Part shown: piece by piece, positions 32,879-47,539 of the stretch
How the letters are laid out: the number at the start of each line of letters is the position of its first letter
Position numbering within the stretch: position 1 is the first letter of the stretch
NCBI GenBank assembly: GCA_044892505.1
Contig: CM097883.1
Span: 446,214,001 to 446,278,000 of the forward strand
Source: Schmidtea nova
Taxonomy: Eukaryota
Reading direction: 5' to 3'
Length of the DNA stretch: 64,000 nt
Notes under the pieces: model-generated
What the model saw: only the letters and a program-made list of their open reading frames with translations
What the model was told of the DNA's origin: nothing
The model's database searches: none
Made by a program: the position numbers and the translations under genes

Positions 32879-34126
32879 TCAAAGTGAAAATTGTTTTAAA
32901 TCTCCAAGAGCCGAATAAAATCTTGATATTAGATTTTTAATAATCAAAACTTTCGGAGTTCTCCCTATGTTTTCACAAATACTTTTTAACGATTCTAGCT
33001 CTGAATGGCACGCATCTATAAACCATTCACCTACATCCCTTGGTATTGGCCTCTCAAAAAAATTCAATTGAAAGAGAATATTTCTTTTTATATCATGCAA
33101 ATTATCCATCATTTTTTGCACGTTTCTACTACAATATTTCAAAAAGATTTTTCTTGAATTAAATGTACATACAAATAATTGAGCCTCGATTATATCTGTT
33201 ATTAGCCTTGGATGTTTGTATAAGATATAATATTCCGACATATATTCCATTGTGTCCAAAAAGACTTCTAGATAATCAATGACTGTATCTAGTCCATGGT
33301 TACTAATATACTGCACCAGATCTACGTCCTCCTCATCAGATATCATGACTTCAAGGGTATTCAGATAAATTGTTCTTTCTATATTATATTCCATCGTATT
33401 CCGCACAGTTGGGCAATCCTGAAATAGAGCGACCGGTTCCTTGGACTTATAGGAGGAATCATAAACCTTTTTCATTAGCCATCGCATTACATTGACAGTA
33501 AATTCGTATCGTGCGTTCACTTTATTTATTATGCGTGACGAGGCTAGGAAATAATAATTAAGTTCTTCACGGTCTATTTCTTGTTTTATGAACTGTTCTA
33601 TGCACTGCTGTTGAAAGAACATTATTCTAAATTCAGTGTTGCCAATAGATAGCAGATCATCATAATGTGTAAGATATTCAAATTCCATCAAATGAAACTT
33701 ATTTCCCCTAAAACTCTGGTCATCCTGAAATATTTCCGTGACTAATCGATACGAATATCTGTCAAATTCTGATATCCGCATAGAAAAACTTTCAAATATT
33801 TCATTCAATTCCTCGTGTGTTGTTTCCTTATTTACAGAACAGAAAAGATTCCTTTGAGAACAACTTGAAAATGAATTTAAAAGTGAAATTTGTGTTAGTA
33901 AATCAACAAAATGCAAAATATCACCAATCTGAATGTCATATTCACACGATTCGGTAGTAACTTTTATTGATGCGATTGGTCGCCTATCTAATGGGCAATT
34001 TGTATCAGTGATAATCATTTGCAGCACGCAATCCATACAAAAGGAATGTCCACAATATACATAAGTTACAGCAGTGTAAATGTTCATTGGTGAATAGCAA
34101 ATCAAACATTCTTGATCGGTTTCCAT
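32879..34126 (-). CDS. Intronless RING-finger protein (putative E3 ligase), 415 aa, with unrecognised C-terminal region
   Basis: CLIC...CGHSFCMDC...CPLD at the N-terminus (C3HC4 type with Asp as last ligand); long open frame in very AT-rich DNA. Confidence 0.8.
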   Translation of the reverse strand: METDQECLICYSPMNIYTAVTYVYCGHSFCMDCVLQMIITDTNCPLDRRPIASIKVTTESCEYDIQIGDILHFVDLLTQISLLNSFSSCSQRNLFCSVNKETTHEELNEIFESFSMRISEFDRYSYRLVTEIFQDDQSFRGNKFHLMEFEYLTHYDDLLSIGNTEFRIMFFQQQCIEQFIKQEIDREELNYYFLASSRIINKVNARYEFTVNVMRWLMKKVYDSSYKSKEPVALFQDCPTVRNTMEYNIERTIYLNTLEVMISDEEDVDLVQYISNHGLDTVIDYLEVFLDTMEYMSEYYILYKHPRLITDIIEAQLFVCTFNSRKIFLKYCSRNVQKMMDNLHDIKRNILFQLNFFERPIPRDVGEWFIDACHSELESLKSICENIGRTPKVLIIKNLISRFYSALGDLKQFSL

Positions 34127-35159
34127 TTATATATAATAATTTATAAAATTATTTAAACAAATTAAAAAATGTTATTTTATATAATTAAATAATATGATAA
34201 AAAAAATTAATAATATTTGAAAAAATTAAAGTGATTTTTGCATTTAAACTAAAAATTAATTTTAATTAAACAATAATTTAAATTTTTAAATTTAATATTT
34301 TGTTTTATCAAACAATATGATGTTTATTTCCGGAGCATTGTTGTGATATAACTATTTTAAAAATAAATCAAATTAAAACCGTAAATTGAAATTCAGTCCA
34401 AATTAATAAATAAAATGCCTTTCATTTGAAATTTTCATATAATAAGGGTTCATTTGAATATAAATATTTATTCAACCAACAACAAAATTGTCATAAATCT
34501 CCAGCAATCTCTTGGTAAATTATAAAAATAACTTTAAAAATTTAAATAAAATTTTATCATGTTACTTGTCAGGGCCAATCTGTTGTCCGTAGTACTCAAA
34601 TGTCCTGATTACGCGGGCGCCCCAATAAGCAGGTTTCCTGTATTTACAAGCGTCCATGCACAAATTGAAATATGACTGCTTTACAATGTTGTCAACAGTT
34701 TAGCTTTCAATTGCCGTTTAATGTAATTGCAAAATAAGTCTAATATAAAATGATTTAAGTCAAAGGCAGTCAATCATGTTGGAAGGCATCATTTGATACC
34801 GCAAATGCCATTTATAACTAAATGTATAGGGAAATGCAATGAAATGAAATTCATTCTAATTTGTATAAAAAATGTTGTTTATCGTGTTTATATAACCGCT
34901 ATTTAATATTGTTTACATATTTATTTGTTACAATGTTTATTTGAATTTAAATATATTTAAATATAATTTATCATATTTGCCATTATTCTACTTAGCTTTC
35001 GGTGTAAATATATAAAATTAATTTTTATTGTAAAATTTTATTTTTTTAAATAATTTTACCTTTTAATAAAATAATTATTTAAATGAAAAATTATTTAAAT
35101 TTCATTCGGTTTATCACGACGATGCTCCTGAATAAAAAAATATCATATTGCTTGATAAA

Positions 35160-35590
35160 ACAAAATACTAAAACCCTTGAAGTCATGATATCTGATGAGA
35201 ATGATGTAGATCTGGGACAGTTTATCAGTAACCATGAACTAGACACGATTGGATATATATCGCAAAATTTTTTATTATACACCCATTCAAGGCTAATGAA
35301 AATTTATTACGATTCAATCATATTTATATGAATTTTTTACAAGCGAAATAATCCAGAAACATTGTAGTAGAAACGTAGAAGAAATAATGAATCATGTGGA
35401 TAATAAAGACAATGAAATCCGCTTACACTTGACAATTTATAAGAGGCCAAATACCAAACTGCCATTCAGAGCTAGAATCCTTAAAATGTATGGGTAAAAA
35501 GATGGAGAGAACTCCTAAAGATTTGATTATAAATAATCTAATGGCAAGATTTATTCGGCTCTTGGAGATTTAAAACCATTTTCCCTTTGA
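35160..35590 (+). pseudogene. Inverted, deleted paralog of the 3' half of the RING gene
   Basis: TLEVMISDENDVDLGQFISNHELDT matches TLEVMISDEEDVDLVQYISNHGLDT; the C-terminal and 3' flank similarity extends to ~35820. Confidence 0.8.
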
Positions 35591-37949
35591 ATGAAATAAA
35601 TATTTATTTTTAATTGGAGTTTTGAAACATAAATTTATGGTGAAATGATTTTTAGGGATAGGACTAATTTATTAGGGAGTCATTTGTTATTTAATCGGAA
35701 AAAATTTATGAAAATAGTTAACATGAAAAATAGAATACTTTTGACTAAAATTGAAAAATTTGTAATTTTATGCTTAGCATTTTTGTTATGAATTATTATA
35801 TAATTTTACTTGACTCTAGTTAATTTTTCGTTCAAAGATTTATGACAATCCGCATATCTTTTATCGGAATTAAATTCGGTTTTGTAACATTTCTAGAAAG
35901 TCCTTATGGCAGAACTCCCCAACCAATGAGCCGTTGCGCATAAGCGCGCGGGAAATATTATTAAGTTACATGAAGATACATCTGAATTTTAATAATATGT
36001 AATAATATGCTAATTTATTTTTGTCTATGAGCTCTGCCCACCAGGTAGGCAAATTGGATTTCTGGTAAGTTTAGGTCTATCCATTTACGCCGACGTATGA
36101 GGGCAAGATTTATTTAAATTAATAATGTCTGCAATCTTACTGTATTTTATTTTATATTCAGTATTGAATTCAAAGACAAAAATAAACTTTTTATTATAAT
36201 ATTGTAGTTCATTTGAATTTATAATCACATATTTAAAAACTATCTACGCTCACAACTACAAGATATTGATTGAAAATATAAATTCAAAATGAATAAATAA
36301 TCCACAAACTCTTATTGATAATGCGAAAATTTTTATTAAATTCGAAATTTAGCTCAAATGGTTTCTCGCATTTCGGTATTTACAGTATATATTGTGTTTT
36401 CGTGTGTTGAGGATACCTAAATAATAAAATTAAATAACATCATAAATAAATAAAATATTTGTGGTAAACCAATAGGATAAATTAGACGATCTTCTGAAAC
36501 TTGGAGAAGAAGAAGGTAGAACAAAAAATTGCGAAATGAAAAACTTTAACAACACAAAACAAATATTACAATCAAAAAAAAGAAGAAAATACTTCCGCAC
36601 TCGACTGGCTGGCGAAATATAAAATTGTACTCATTGCAAATTAATGCCAAGTAAGTTTAGATTATTATTTTTCAGCGTTTATTTATACTAAACCTACCGA
36701 CGCTCACATAAATAATTATTCAGAATATTTTGGTTTCTGAATCTGGCGACAGCCTTGATAATCGTGTCGAAATAAACAAGTCTTCGCTAAATATGACGAA
36801 TTATTATTGCTGATTATTGAAATTACAGCTGTTTTCGTACATTTTGAACAACATTTTGTTAGATATTAACCGACAACCAAAAAAAGAAATGAAGTTTGAG
36901 TATATTTTATAAATGTTAAACAAATTGAATATTTCGGAATAAATTTTATCTAAAATGAATTAATCAAATCGGGATTACAGAATAAAAGCATTTAAAAAGT
37001 CAAAAGTTCAATAAATAATATCAAATGATTGAAAAATAATCATTCAACATCACCGGAATCTTCATTAAATAATCCCAAATCTTCCAATTTCTGTAAATAT
37101 TCCCTTTGTTCGTCTTGGCTCACATCTCTCAACTCATAATATTTCCAAAAATCATCCCATTTCTTTAAACTATTTATTCTTTATAATCAGGATTTAATAC
37201 GTATTCTAAATAGTATATTCGATAATCACTAGTAGAGGAAGAAAAAAAGTAAAACAGTGAAGCCCCGGGAAAGATCAAAGAAAATGGCGATTGAATAAAA
37301 ATAATTGAATTGGAATATATATTGGGATAAAATAACTTTAAAATTTACTTTGAAAATTACAAACCGTCTTTCAAAATTTAACCTATACACATGTTTTCAT
37401 AGTTTAAAAGTAACTATAATACAAGTAGGTGTGTTGTTCATAATTATTTTGTTTAATATTTTTTAGCTATTTTAAGAAAATGGCTATCAGAGTAAGTTTA
37501 TTTATCCAAATATATATTTTGAGGCTTTTAATCAGATTTCATGATATGAAATCACTATAGAAGCTTTGAAAGATTAACTTTGTTCTGTAATTTTATTTAA
37601 TTTTTAAATAAGTTCTAGGAAATTATTATCTTTTAACATGTATTGGGAATTATTTACAATAAAAGTAAGTTAAAAAATCATTTTTCTAAGATTTATTATT
37701 ATATAAAAATTTTATATTTATTTCGGAAATATTTCTTTTTGGATATTTCAAAGGAATCCTTCAAATCGGAAGTAGTTTTGCTATTTTACGTGATTTTGGT
37801 TATTCTAATTGGGTAGATTTCGGAAATATCATTATAGTATTTTATTTTCAACATTAAAATTTCAAGTTTTATTTTTAATTTCAAGTATTACCAAATGTTG
37901 TTGTCCTGCATTATCTCAGATTTCTAGAATATATACATTGCTGTGTATA

Positions 37950-40900
37950 CATTGCTGGGTTCATGGAGGGGTTAGATTGAACAATTCTGATAGTGGCTAG
38001 GGATTCCCCATCCATGACCATACATAAATGTTTGTTATTCACACTCGAGCGCCCTTGATTATTTCCCTTAATAATCAAGTTGGTGATGCGCAAGGTGGTG
38101 TAACAATGATGGGCAGGTGAGCTCTATTGCTAGAACTAGTCCCCATTTATGTTTACGGGTTCATGCTGCCGTAGAAGGACTTACGCTATTTGATTTGTTA
38201 CGAGAACGTCTGATTCTTTTCGATTTATGTTACTATGTGGCTTGTAAATCTGCTTTAAGTTGATTTATTATTAATTACGAAAACAAAAACTATGGAAGAC
38301 AAAAAAAAACAATTTTGGTAACACCCAACTCTTATTTTTCACAAAACTCAGAAAAGATTCCATCAGGAGGAAATATCTCCGCTAACCATTCTGCTTCCGT
38401 CATCTCCAACAGGTTATCCACTTGAGCTTGCAGCTGCTGAGCAAACAGCTTTCTTTGTCGTCGGCGCTTAGAACCGACCCTTTTTCTTTTCTTTATTTTT
38501 TTCGACGGAGCCTTTTATGACCGTGGGCTCCATCGGGCTTGAAGTGATTATTGCACTCAGACCGTCGGTATCGGTACTGACCGAACAGGCCACTTTTTGT
38601 TCCCCTACCCATTTCTGGTAGGTAATCGGTTGAATCTGCGATCGCAATTCCGATTCCAAGAAGGATGTCGTCACGGAATAGAGGCATCGGCGTAATTCTA
38701 TCTTTGTCGCTTCCCATTCCGTGCGGAAATCATCGGCCGTTTTCTGTGCTCGCTCCGTCCGATTCATCTGCTCCTTCATATGAGCAGGGGCGAACCAGCT
38801 TTTTCGCAAGTGTTGGATTTGGGCTTCGGCTTTAGTCAGTTGTGCTTTCACCTGTGTCAACTCCTTTTCCAGAGCTCGGCGAATCCTCCAGGCTTTATCT
38901 AACTCCCGCTGCTGACTTGTTTCTGAATTCATACTAAATGGTAAATGCATTTTTATTCGGGAGATGACAAAACTTCAGGTCCATTATGTGGACGATGGAA
39001 AAGAAAACAAGAAAAGAAAACCAACACAATTTAAAGAACATTTTATTGATTTATCATTACACCATAGTTAAAATAAACATTAGATCTTGGAACCACGCAC
39101 GGGAAAAATATTCAGTCCTCGATTGATTGGCGCTTGTCGAACATGAGCTAACGAAAAATTGAGCCTGGGGCGTCCTTGAACAGGCCACGGCAAGTTGCAT
39201 AGATTCAATCCCAATTTTCGCAACTCGAGTGGCGAGATATATCCCCAGTATATCGCTGTTATGGGATTTTTGATCGGAGTCCGTTAAGACTATGACGAGC
39301 GATGCTGCAGTTGCAGAATGTCCTTTGTTGGAAATCGGCCATCCTGGGCCTCCTCGATATAATATTCGGTCCTGGCCATTATTCCAGATGGAGAATGGGT
39401 ACTTCCTTCCGAGTTCTCGTCTCCATTTGTACATTCAGATGTTGAGGGTTCTCATGACTTCGTGAGGCAGATCTTTCAACTCTCGCTATTTGTTTAACAT
39501 TGTAGTGTTGGCTGTCGTTGCCGAATTTCGTTGAGTTGCTAGAAATTGATCCACTGCTTGTTGTTCCACCTGGATGATTCGACTAAGTATTTATCATTTA
39601 ATTTTAACAGATATGAGGGTCTTTTCAAATTGTAGGAAAGCAGATGAGATTATACGCCCGAAATTAATTGAAGTGAAAATCGATGAGATTATTGGCCTTG
39701 CCCAGGTCGAGGGTTTAATAAAAAACAAAAAAAATATGGTATTCCTTTAATATTCATTCAACACTGTCGCTTTATACATCGATCAGAATAATCTAATATT
39801 AGAAGTTAATATTTATCTGCGCTATTTACAGCGATCAGGTTTAAAAATATGTCTACGTTTAATTATCGGTTAATCGCTTCAGCTTAGTTTACACAATCGA
39901 TTTTTAATTGCATTCATTCACCGGGATATAATTGTTAAGAATCACAACGACAATTTATCTGATGATAATTTATCTGACAACAATTTATTAGTCTCCCTCA
40001 TGCAGTGTCCGGATATATGTATTTGCATGGTTGATCCGAATCATTGTGATGATGAAAATTCTCGACCGACATACTGTGTATAAAAATTTCGACTGATTTA
40101 TTTACTCTCGAATATAACGAGGGTAGTTCTATCTTCGGATGTGTAAAAATTCGATCGATTTACAAAAAGTTGTCATAAAATCGGATTTATCGATCCTATC
40201 GTGCCTGCTATTTAAAACATATTTTTAAACTTCAATAACTGGTACGATCTCATCCCATGTGCAGCTCTAGCTCACCATCTAATTACGAATTCATACAGGG
40301 TTTTCAATCAAATTTGACCTTTCTAATTAAAAAAAATAAAAACTTCACTCACCATTCTGTGGAATGGTAAAGTCCCACAATAACGGCTTGCTCCCTCGCA
40401 GCGTGAGCTACGGAGGAAGCATATCTATTCATATTAATAATAAAGTAATAATGAACCAATGTTATATAAATTATATTAATCAAATCATAAGGATAAATCA
40501 TGGAAACAATACTACATAAATAACAAAAATTTACTTTCAAACGCAGAATCGAGTATCTTCTAAAATTTTGAATTTAATGCTCAAAGAACAATGAATAGAC
40601 TAGCCAAACAAAATGCTCCAGACAAATTCTAAAAAAAATTTAATTGCTAACTTTGTGATTTTCGGATCGGTATTTATACTGATCCAGTTGGTCAGATTGA
40701 CCAATCAGGATGAGGCCGTCAATCAAAGTCTGTCTATTATTTTATTCTATTGTAAATAATATTTTATTTTCGATTCAGGTTTCTCGCTGGGTGGTCCTGA
40801 TTTTCGAAGTAATTGATCAATTAATTGTACTTTTATTTTATTCTTAATTTTTCTGTTTCAGGCCCCCTGCTGTTTGTTCCAGTATAAATTTCAAATCTTT

Positions 40901-41050
40901 CTTCTTGTTGGTAATTTATTTATTATTATTTATTTATTTAATTCTGGTTTTTAATTTAGATTTTCTATATTTTAGGAAACTATTTATTTCGTTTTTTGTT
41001 TTAATCGTCTTATTATTTTTGTTTCTTTAGACCACTTGGCTGGCCCAACA
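37950..41050 (-). mobile_element. Unclassified two-ORF repeat element, copy 2 (ORF A ~39057-39500, ORF B 38468-38950)
   Basis: TGGGCCAGCCAAGT head at 41050-41033, CCAAT and TATAAATA at ~40670-40710, ORF A, ORF B (coiled-coil-like), and a conserved 3' block at 37950-38200 shared with 47540-47740. Confidence 0.65.
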
Positions 41051-44000
41051 ATATGTTAAATTGTCTAGATATTGAAAATAATTATACGGTATTATCTTTT
41101 TGGCTTCAGAGAACAAAACAAAAGTTCGGAAATATATGAAATTTTATATTAAAGTTCATTAAAATAAAACTTACTACCCAATTTATTTATTTTCTCAACA
41201 ATTCCCATAGGAAATATTCTGAATATTTACACACAAACCCTATTTTATAAATAAATAAATTTATAGAACTATTAATCGCGTAAAATATGTTGACTTTTAA
41301 AGTTAGCATGAATTTTTCATTGTGCTTGTCTGTATCATTTATTTTTTCTTCCACATTGTCTGTGACGTATTAAATCTCTTACAACTGTTTTCGTAAATTA
41401 AAAGTTTCTATAATATAAATTAAAAATAACCAATAGCAAATGAAAACTTACGTTGATGTTAAATTTTGATTTTACGTAGTTTAAAAGATGAAGTATGTGA
41501 AAGTAAGTAAAAATAAATTATACGCACAAAAAAACACATAATGAAAATCGTATTCAAACTTTTAAGGGTAATGTAGTTTAAAAGATGAAGTATGTGATAG
41601 TAATTAAAAATAAATTATACGCACAAAAAAAACACATAATGAAAATCGTATTCAAACTTTTAAGGGAAATTCTTGTTACGCGATTAAATGGCCTATAATA
41701 AATTTATTTATTTTTAAAATATGATTTTGGGGTAAATAATTGGAATATTTCCTAGGGGAGTTGTGGAGAAAATGGATAAATTACATCGTTAGTTTTATTT
41801 TAATGAATTTTAATATAAAATTTTATATATTTCCGAAAATTAATTTGCATATTTTTCCGTTTTCATTAAGTAAAAAAATAATCCTGTCTAATTATTTTCA
41901 AATTATCGACACCTAAAAATATTTAGATCATTTTGAAGTCTGAGATAATGAAGGACAATAAAATTTAGCAATTCTTGAAATAAAAATATTAAGCTAAATT
42001 AAATTATTACTTGGAATATCAAAAGAAATTTTTTAAAAATAGGAAATTTTTATTTAATAATAATAATAATTATAATTATAATAAATCTTAATTAAAAAAC
42101 AATTTTTAACATACGTTCAAAAGTAAATAATTCAAAAACATGGAAAAAAAGTACTTAAAAATTAAATAAAAAATTTTGGAACAAAGATAATAGAAATATT
42201 CGGAAACTGTATTATTTCATTAATAAACTATCGTTAAAGAATATTTTTACTTTGTTTAATGTAAAATATGTCCAAAAAACTTCATGAAAAAATCAAATTT
42301 TCTAAAAAGCAAATAAATATAAAATCAAAATAATATTATAGAATTGGTGGGTTGTTGATCGTCAATGTGACCTTGACGTTTCTATGGCTCTCATCAACAA
42401 CTCAACACATAAAACATTGAAATTACCATCTTGTTACCCGTCACTATGTAACGTTGGTACTGTGACAAGTGGGTGGGTATTCGCAATCAGTGAGCGTCGT
42501 CAATACGAAACTATGATTGACCGAATATCTCCTGGGTCCAAGGGCTACCGATAGAAGGTTTCTTGCCCATTTTGTCCCTTCTTCGACGATTTATCTATAA
42601 GCTTTCAATAAAAATTTTCATCGGAAATTCAACATAAAAATTCTACATAACTATAAATTTATTATTGTATACCAATACATCATTCTGAGCATCAAAACAC
42701 TAACCAAACATTAAATTTACTAATATTGCAATTCATAACAAATAATAGATAGAACATTTCTAAGAAAAAAAAAATTTTTAATCCTGGATTTAAAATTTTA
42801 AACTTTAATTTTTATCTTCCAAATAATAATATTATAATTTTTATTTCCCAAATAATAATATTAGGAAGACTAAATACGTTGTTTAAATCTCCCAATGTAT
42901 ACAAAATACAACAAACCAAATTCAAATAATCTACCAAAAGTAAGTTAATTACTTGGAATTAATACATTTCACAATTATTTCACAGCACAGCCAGCAAACC
43001 CAGGACCAGATGCGGATCATCAACCATATCAAAGGATTAGAACTCGAATCCCATCAACTAACTGCGACGGTCAATGCTGTTAAAAGGTTGATTTTAATAA
43101 TTTTGAATGATTTAATTAATTTTGATTGTAGAAAACTTCAAATAGACAGTGGCGCTGAACTCCAGTGTCCGAAAGGCTTGCAGATGCAGTTACCGTTCAA
43201 ACCGAATAACAAAGAATCAACTAAATGACTTTTATTTCTAACAATGAACTAAATGAAATCCCGTGTATATTCTGTCATTATTTTATTGATTAGCTAATTC
43301 CATTGAATAAAAAGTTATTGATTATTATGTTTTTATGTTTTGTTTTAATGTTTCATGCTTAAAAAAAATAATTTTGCGGTTCAGTAGATTCCTTAAATGC
43401 ATCCAGCGGATTATTTGTACATATCAGAATAAAGAAATTGTATTAGTCTGTTTGGAGTATTCGTTTTCTTTTTTTTTTTGTTTCGTAATATCTCCCGAAT
43501 AAATATTTTTAGCCATATAATAAATAGATCTTTTCTCGTGCAATTAAAGGGTTAAATACATCTTTTCCTTTTGAGCATGTATTGGGGTGAAATAGGTACA
43601 ACTTTTTTAGGTCGTTACGTATTAAATGACTTATTTTCCAATAAATTAGTACTCTACCCCATATGGAAATTTCTTAGTGTAGTGCTTGGTACATGAATGA
43701 GACGAATTGAAGTAAACGATATGGTTATGGGAGCTTTCACGAATGATGTAAGGAGTATTAGTAGTAAATCTGTTCATGGGTTATTATGAATTCCATTGTC
43801 CCAAAGGTATGCATGCGGATGATTGTATGTGATTACATGTAATTGTTTGTGTCTGTATGTTGACTTGAATGTTGGATGAAAATGAGTGAGATTTCTTTGG
43901 ATGTATGATGTCAACTAACATGTCTGTGTGGAATTTTCGGTATGGCTTGCTTGTGTGTATATAATTGTTGAATGCTATTGAATGATACTGTGCATGTGTG

Positions 44001-47000
44001 TACATTGTGTTTTAATTAGAGGTTGCTTGTGTATTAGTATGGATGATGCTATTGAATGAAAAGGGTGTATTTTTTTGCAATTAGGGATGCATTATGATTT
44101 TTATAATATACTATATATAAATTATATAAAATATTTTTAGAATTAAAATAATAATGATACCTTTTAAATTAAAATAATAATAATAATTTTTATAATACTT
44201 TTTACAAATTTTAAATTTATAATTTTATGAAAACGATACCATAATAAAAATTCTAAATTTTATAATATTCATTTTTAAATTCAAATTTTTATATTTTAAG
44301 AATACATACATAGTAAAATTTTTTCCTATGGAATTTCGAAATTCTTGAATTTTATAAAATGATAAAATCTTCAATACAATAATAATATTTTCAATTTAAA
44401 ATTTTGATGGGTTTCGATACAATTTTTAATTTACAAATTCTCTGGAATTTTATAAAATGATCAAATCTTTTATATAATATTTTCGGTTTCCAATGTTTCG
44501 ATATAGTCTTTGATGTGCAGATTTTGTTGAGCATGAATTTCCCAATTAAAGTGCGCGCGAATTTTTCGGGACGCTTCACTAAGGAACTTCAGGCTCTCGA
44601 AAACAAGGTTCACAGGAGAAACTTATTTAGACAATAATGAGTTTAATTCAGATCAAATCAATACTTGTTTCACAATTCGTTTCATTTCGTGAGCATTATT
44701 CTAGCTTTGATCATTATTTCGAACAATTTTCTTTTCATCATTGGCTTCCATTTTTCTTTCGTTTTCTCGTAAGATGACGGTTGTTGAGAGTAAAGGTGAA
44801 GGTGAGTGCGAGTCGATTTTTAATCAGTACTATTTCCTATTTTAGATTTCAAGACATGAATTAGAAGATGTTGTGTTGTATTACGAAATTTCTTATGTAA
44901 AATAATAAGAATATGCTACTCTATTATAATAAAGATCATTAGTATAACAAATCCTTGCTCTTGGCCATACCACGATTCCCCAGTTGGGATTATGGATTAC
45001 GTGATTATGGATGTATGAGCCTCACCTTAAAGTGGAAATATGGGCTGGCCGATTACCAGTCAGACAACGATCCACCCAGGCTACTAACAGATCCGCACAA
45101 CGCAAGGCTGGACGGATCGTCAGAAGATATGGGAGAAAAAAAATTATTTATTTTTCATAATTTTATTTAGTTTACTAATTTCAACGAGATTTTTTCTGAA
45201 TTATTTTAGGAGTTTGTGACTCGTGATAATGATAATAACAAGAAAATTGATAAAAAACTAAGCTGCTAATCATTAAATATTTTAATAATATAAAATTACA
45301 TAATTAATAAAATAACAAATAACATATTAAATAAAAGCGAGGAATGGGATGATCGTTAGGCATGATAAACGACCATTCCAATCCCCAATAAAAATAATAA
45401 TAAAAATCAAATTACTCCTTACGTTTGTCCACAAATTTTCTGGAAAATTTACAGATTCTTTTAAGTTTCTCACGAAAAAATTATACAAATTATTCTGAAA
45501 TCAAAGAAAAAAATTTTTTACGACAAAATTCTCACAAATTCTTTCTGAAAATTGTACAAAGTCTTAAATTCTTTAACGAAACAAAAAATTTTTTTTCACA
45601 AATTCTGATAAGTTCCATTTTGATGGCGGTATATATACCATCAATTTTTCGCTATCTTCACTAGTGCAAAAAACAAATTGTTCTAGAATTTTCTCTTAAT
45701 TTTTTCTAAATTAATTCTAATGATTTTCCGAAAATTAAATCCATATTTTTGTATAATGATTTTTTATAAACCATAAATAATTTATTTTAATTCAAAATTT
45801 TTTATTTTTGAATCGAAATTTGTTCGATTTGATTTAATTTATGATATTTCGATCAATATTAATTCTTTCGATTGTTAAATGTGAAATTTTGTGATAAATT
45901 CACAATTTTCTTTTAAAATTTTGTTAATTTCTCTGCACTGAAGGTTTATGACAAAATTCTGTTCTTTATGGGCATTTTCAATGGGTTTTCCGCCTATTCT
46001 AACTTCCAAACTTTCTGCTTTTAATTTTTCTCGAGATTTCAGTGAAAAAACTTACAAATTCGCAGCTAGCGCGCACTCTACTGGTTACTGGGCTTGAGTC
46101 TACCTCACCTTTTTGACGTTTTCCTCTTAATCACTTTGGTTTTCAATGAATGCTTGGGTTGAAATTGAGTCTTGCGCGTTCTCTACCTATGGGGTTATCG
46201 CTTTATTAAAACAAATTGCAGTTTTGGCCCAACAGAATATAGACAAATTTTCAAAGCATCTATAGTGATCATAGTAAGATCAAAAGAAAAGCATTAAAAT
46301 ATATCTTGATAAATAAACTTATCTGATAACCATTTCTAAAAATGGCAAACAAAATAAAACAAAATAATTGTAAACACCTACTTGTATAAATTTTACTTTT
46401 AAACTAAGAAAACTTGTGTAATGATTTATGCAAATCTAAATTATAAGCAAATTTTTTTGATAAATTTTTGATACTAATATAATTGGTTATAAGAAATAAA
46501 CTGACTGATTTTTGTAAAAAGGTCTCAGGCAACTAACTCTGTCATGTCAAAATATGTCCATCATAAACTACATCCAATACCATCTTTTATCTAACTTATG
46601 CTTCTCTCTCTATCCTCGAAAATTATATTCACCCTTTCGAACTTCCCACTCATCTTGGTAACCTCCTGACACTTACGTAGTTGCAAATATCATCTGAATT
46701 TTATTTAGTATGTGAAATTTGTGTAATTTTCGAGATCCTTTCCTATCGGTAGCAGTAGTAAGGTTAAGGGATTTTGTATATATTTTGGTTTTATCTATAT
46801 TTAAGTGTTTATTTTTAGAACGAGAAAGAATTTTTACACATCAGTCGTATCTGGATTGTTATATAAATAATAAGATCTATACGGTCCCCCAGTTTAGAAT
46901 AACATCTAAAAACCACCAACTTTTTAGTGTTAAAATCATATGAGGGCATTAAGCTGTAGGGATGATTGCGGAATTAGGTAGGCAAAAATAAAAAGCCTGG

Positions 47001-47039
47001 CATATGGCCATTAGAGGGGTAACAGTATTTTAGATACAG

Positions 47040-47044
47040 AGCAG

Positions 47045-47076
<32 letters not shown>

Positions 47077-47095
47077 GCAACAGCAATAGCAACAG
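47040..47095 (+). repeat. (CAG/CAA)n polyglutamine-type repeat
   Basis: CAG/CAA array with one TAG. Confidence 0.85.
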
Positions 47096-47313
47096 GATCC
47101 ATATGATTTTTATCAGGTGTGGGAGTATAATTATTTGCGATGATGGCGGAAATAACCGAAAAAGAAAATAAAGTAATTATGAAAACAAGAAAATCAAAAT
47201 CAAAAAAAGATATATATTATAAAAAGAAAATCAAAAAATGATATCGAAAATCAAAAGAAAATCCGAAAAAAATGAGAATGAACAATTGGCCCTCTTCAGG
47301 GCCAATATTTTAA

Positions 47314-47317
<4 letters not shown>

Positions 47318-47362
<45 letters not shown>
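47318..47362. repeat. (TA)n microsatellite
   Basis: Perfect TA run. Confidence 0.95.
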
Positions 47363-47364
<2 letters not shown>

Positions 47365-47539
47365 CGAAAAGAATTAAAACTATCATTTTGATGTTGAAGC
47401 TTTATTTTTAGTTATTTTTATTTTAAGTTTATTATTTTTTAAGTGTTTTATTTTTAATTTAAACTTTATTATTTTTATAAATATATTATTAGTATTATTT
47501 TTAAAAGTTTATTTTATTATTGTTATTTGCGTTTTTTAT

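Noticed and set aside
32690-32887. Short F/I/K/L/N/Y-rich ORFs in AT-rich spacers (e.g. 32690, 37809, 45425, 46719, 49611, 58973)
   Set aside because: Composition reflects AT bias; no motifs.
34124-34131. TAAATG at the RING start, like a poxvirus late promoter
   Set aside because: Expected by chance in DNA this AT-rich.
37030-37185. Exon-like minus-strand stretch (INSLKKWDDFWKYYELRDV...DVE*)
   Set aside because: Under 50 codons with no start or clear splice partner identified; cannot be assigned.
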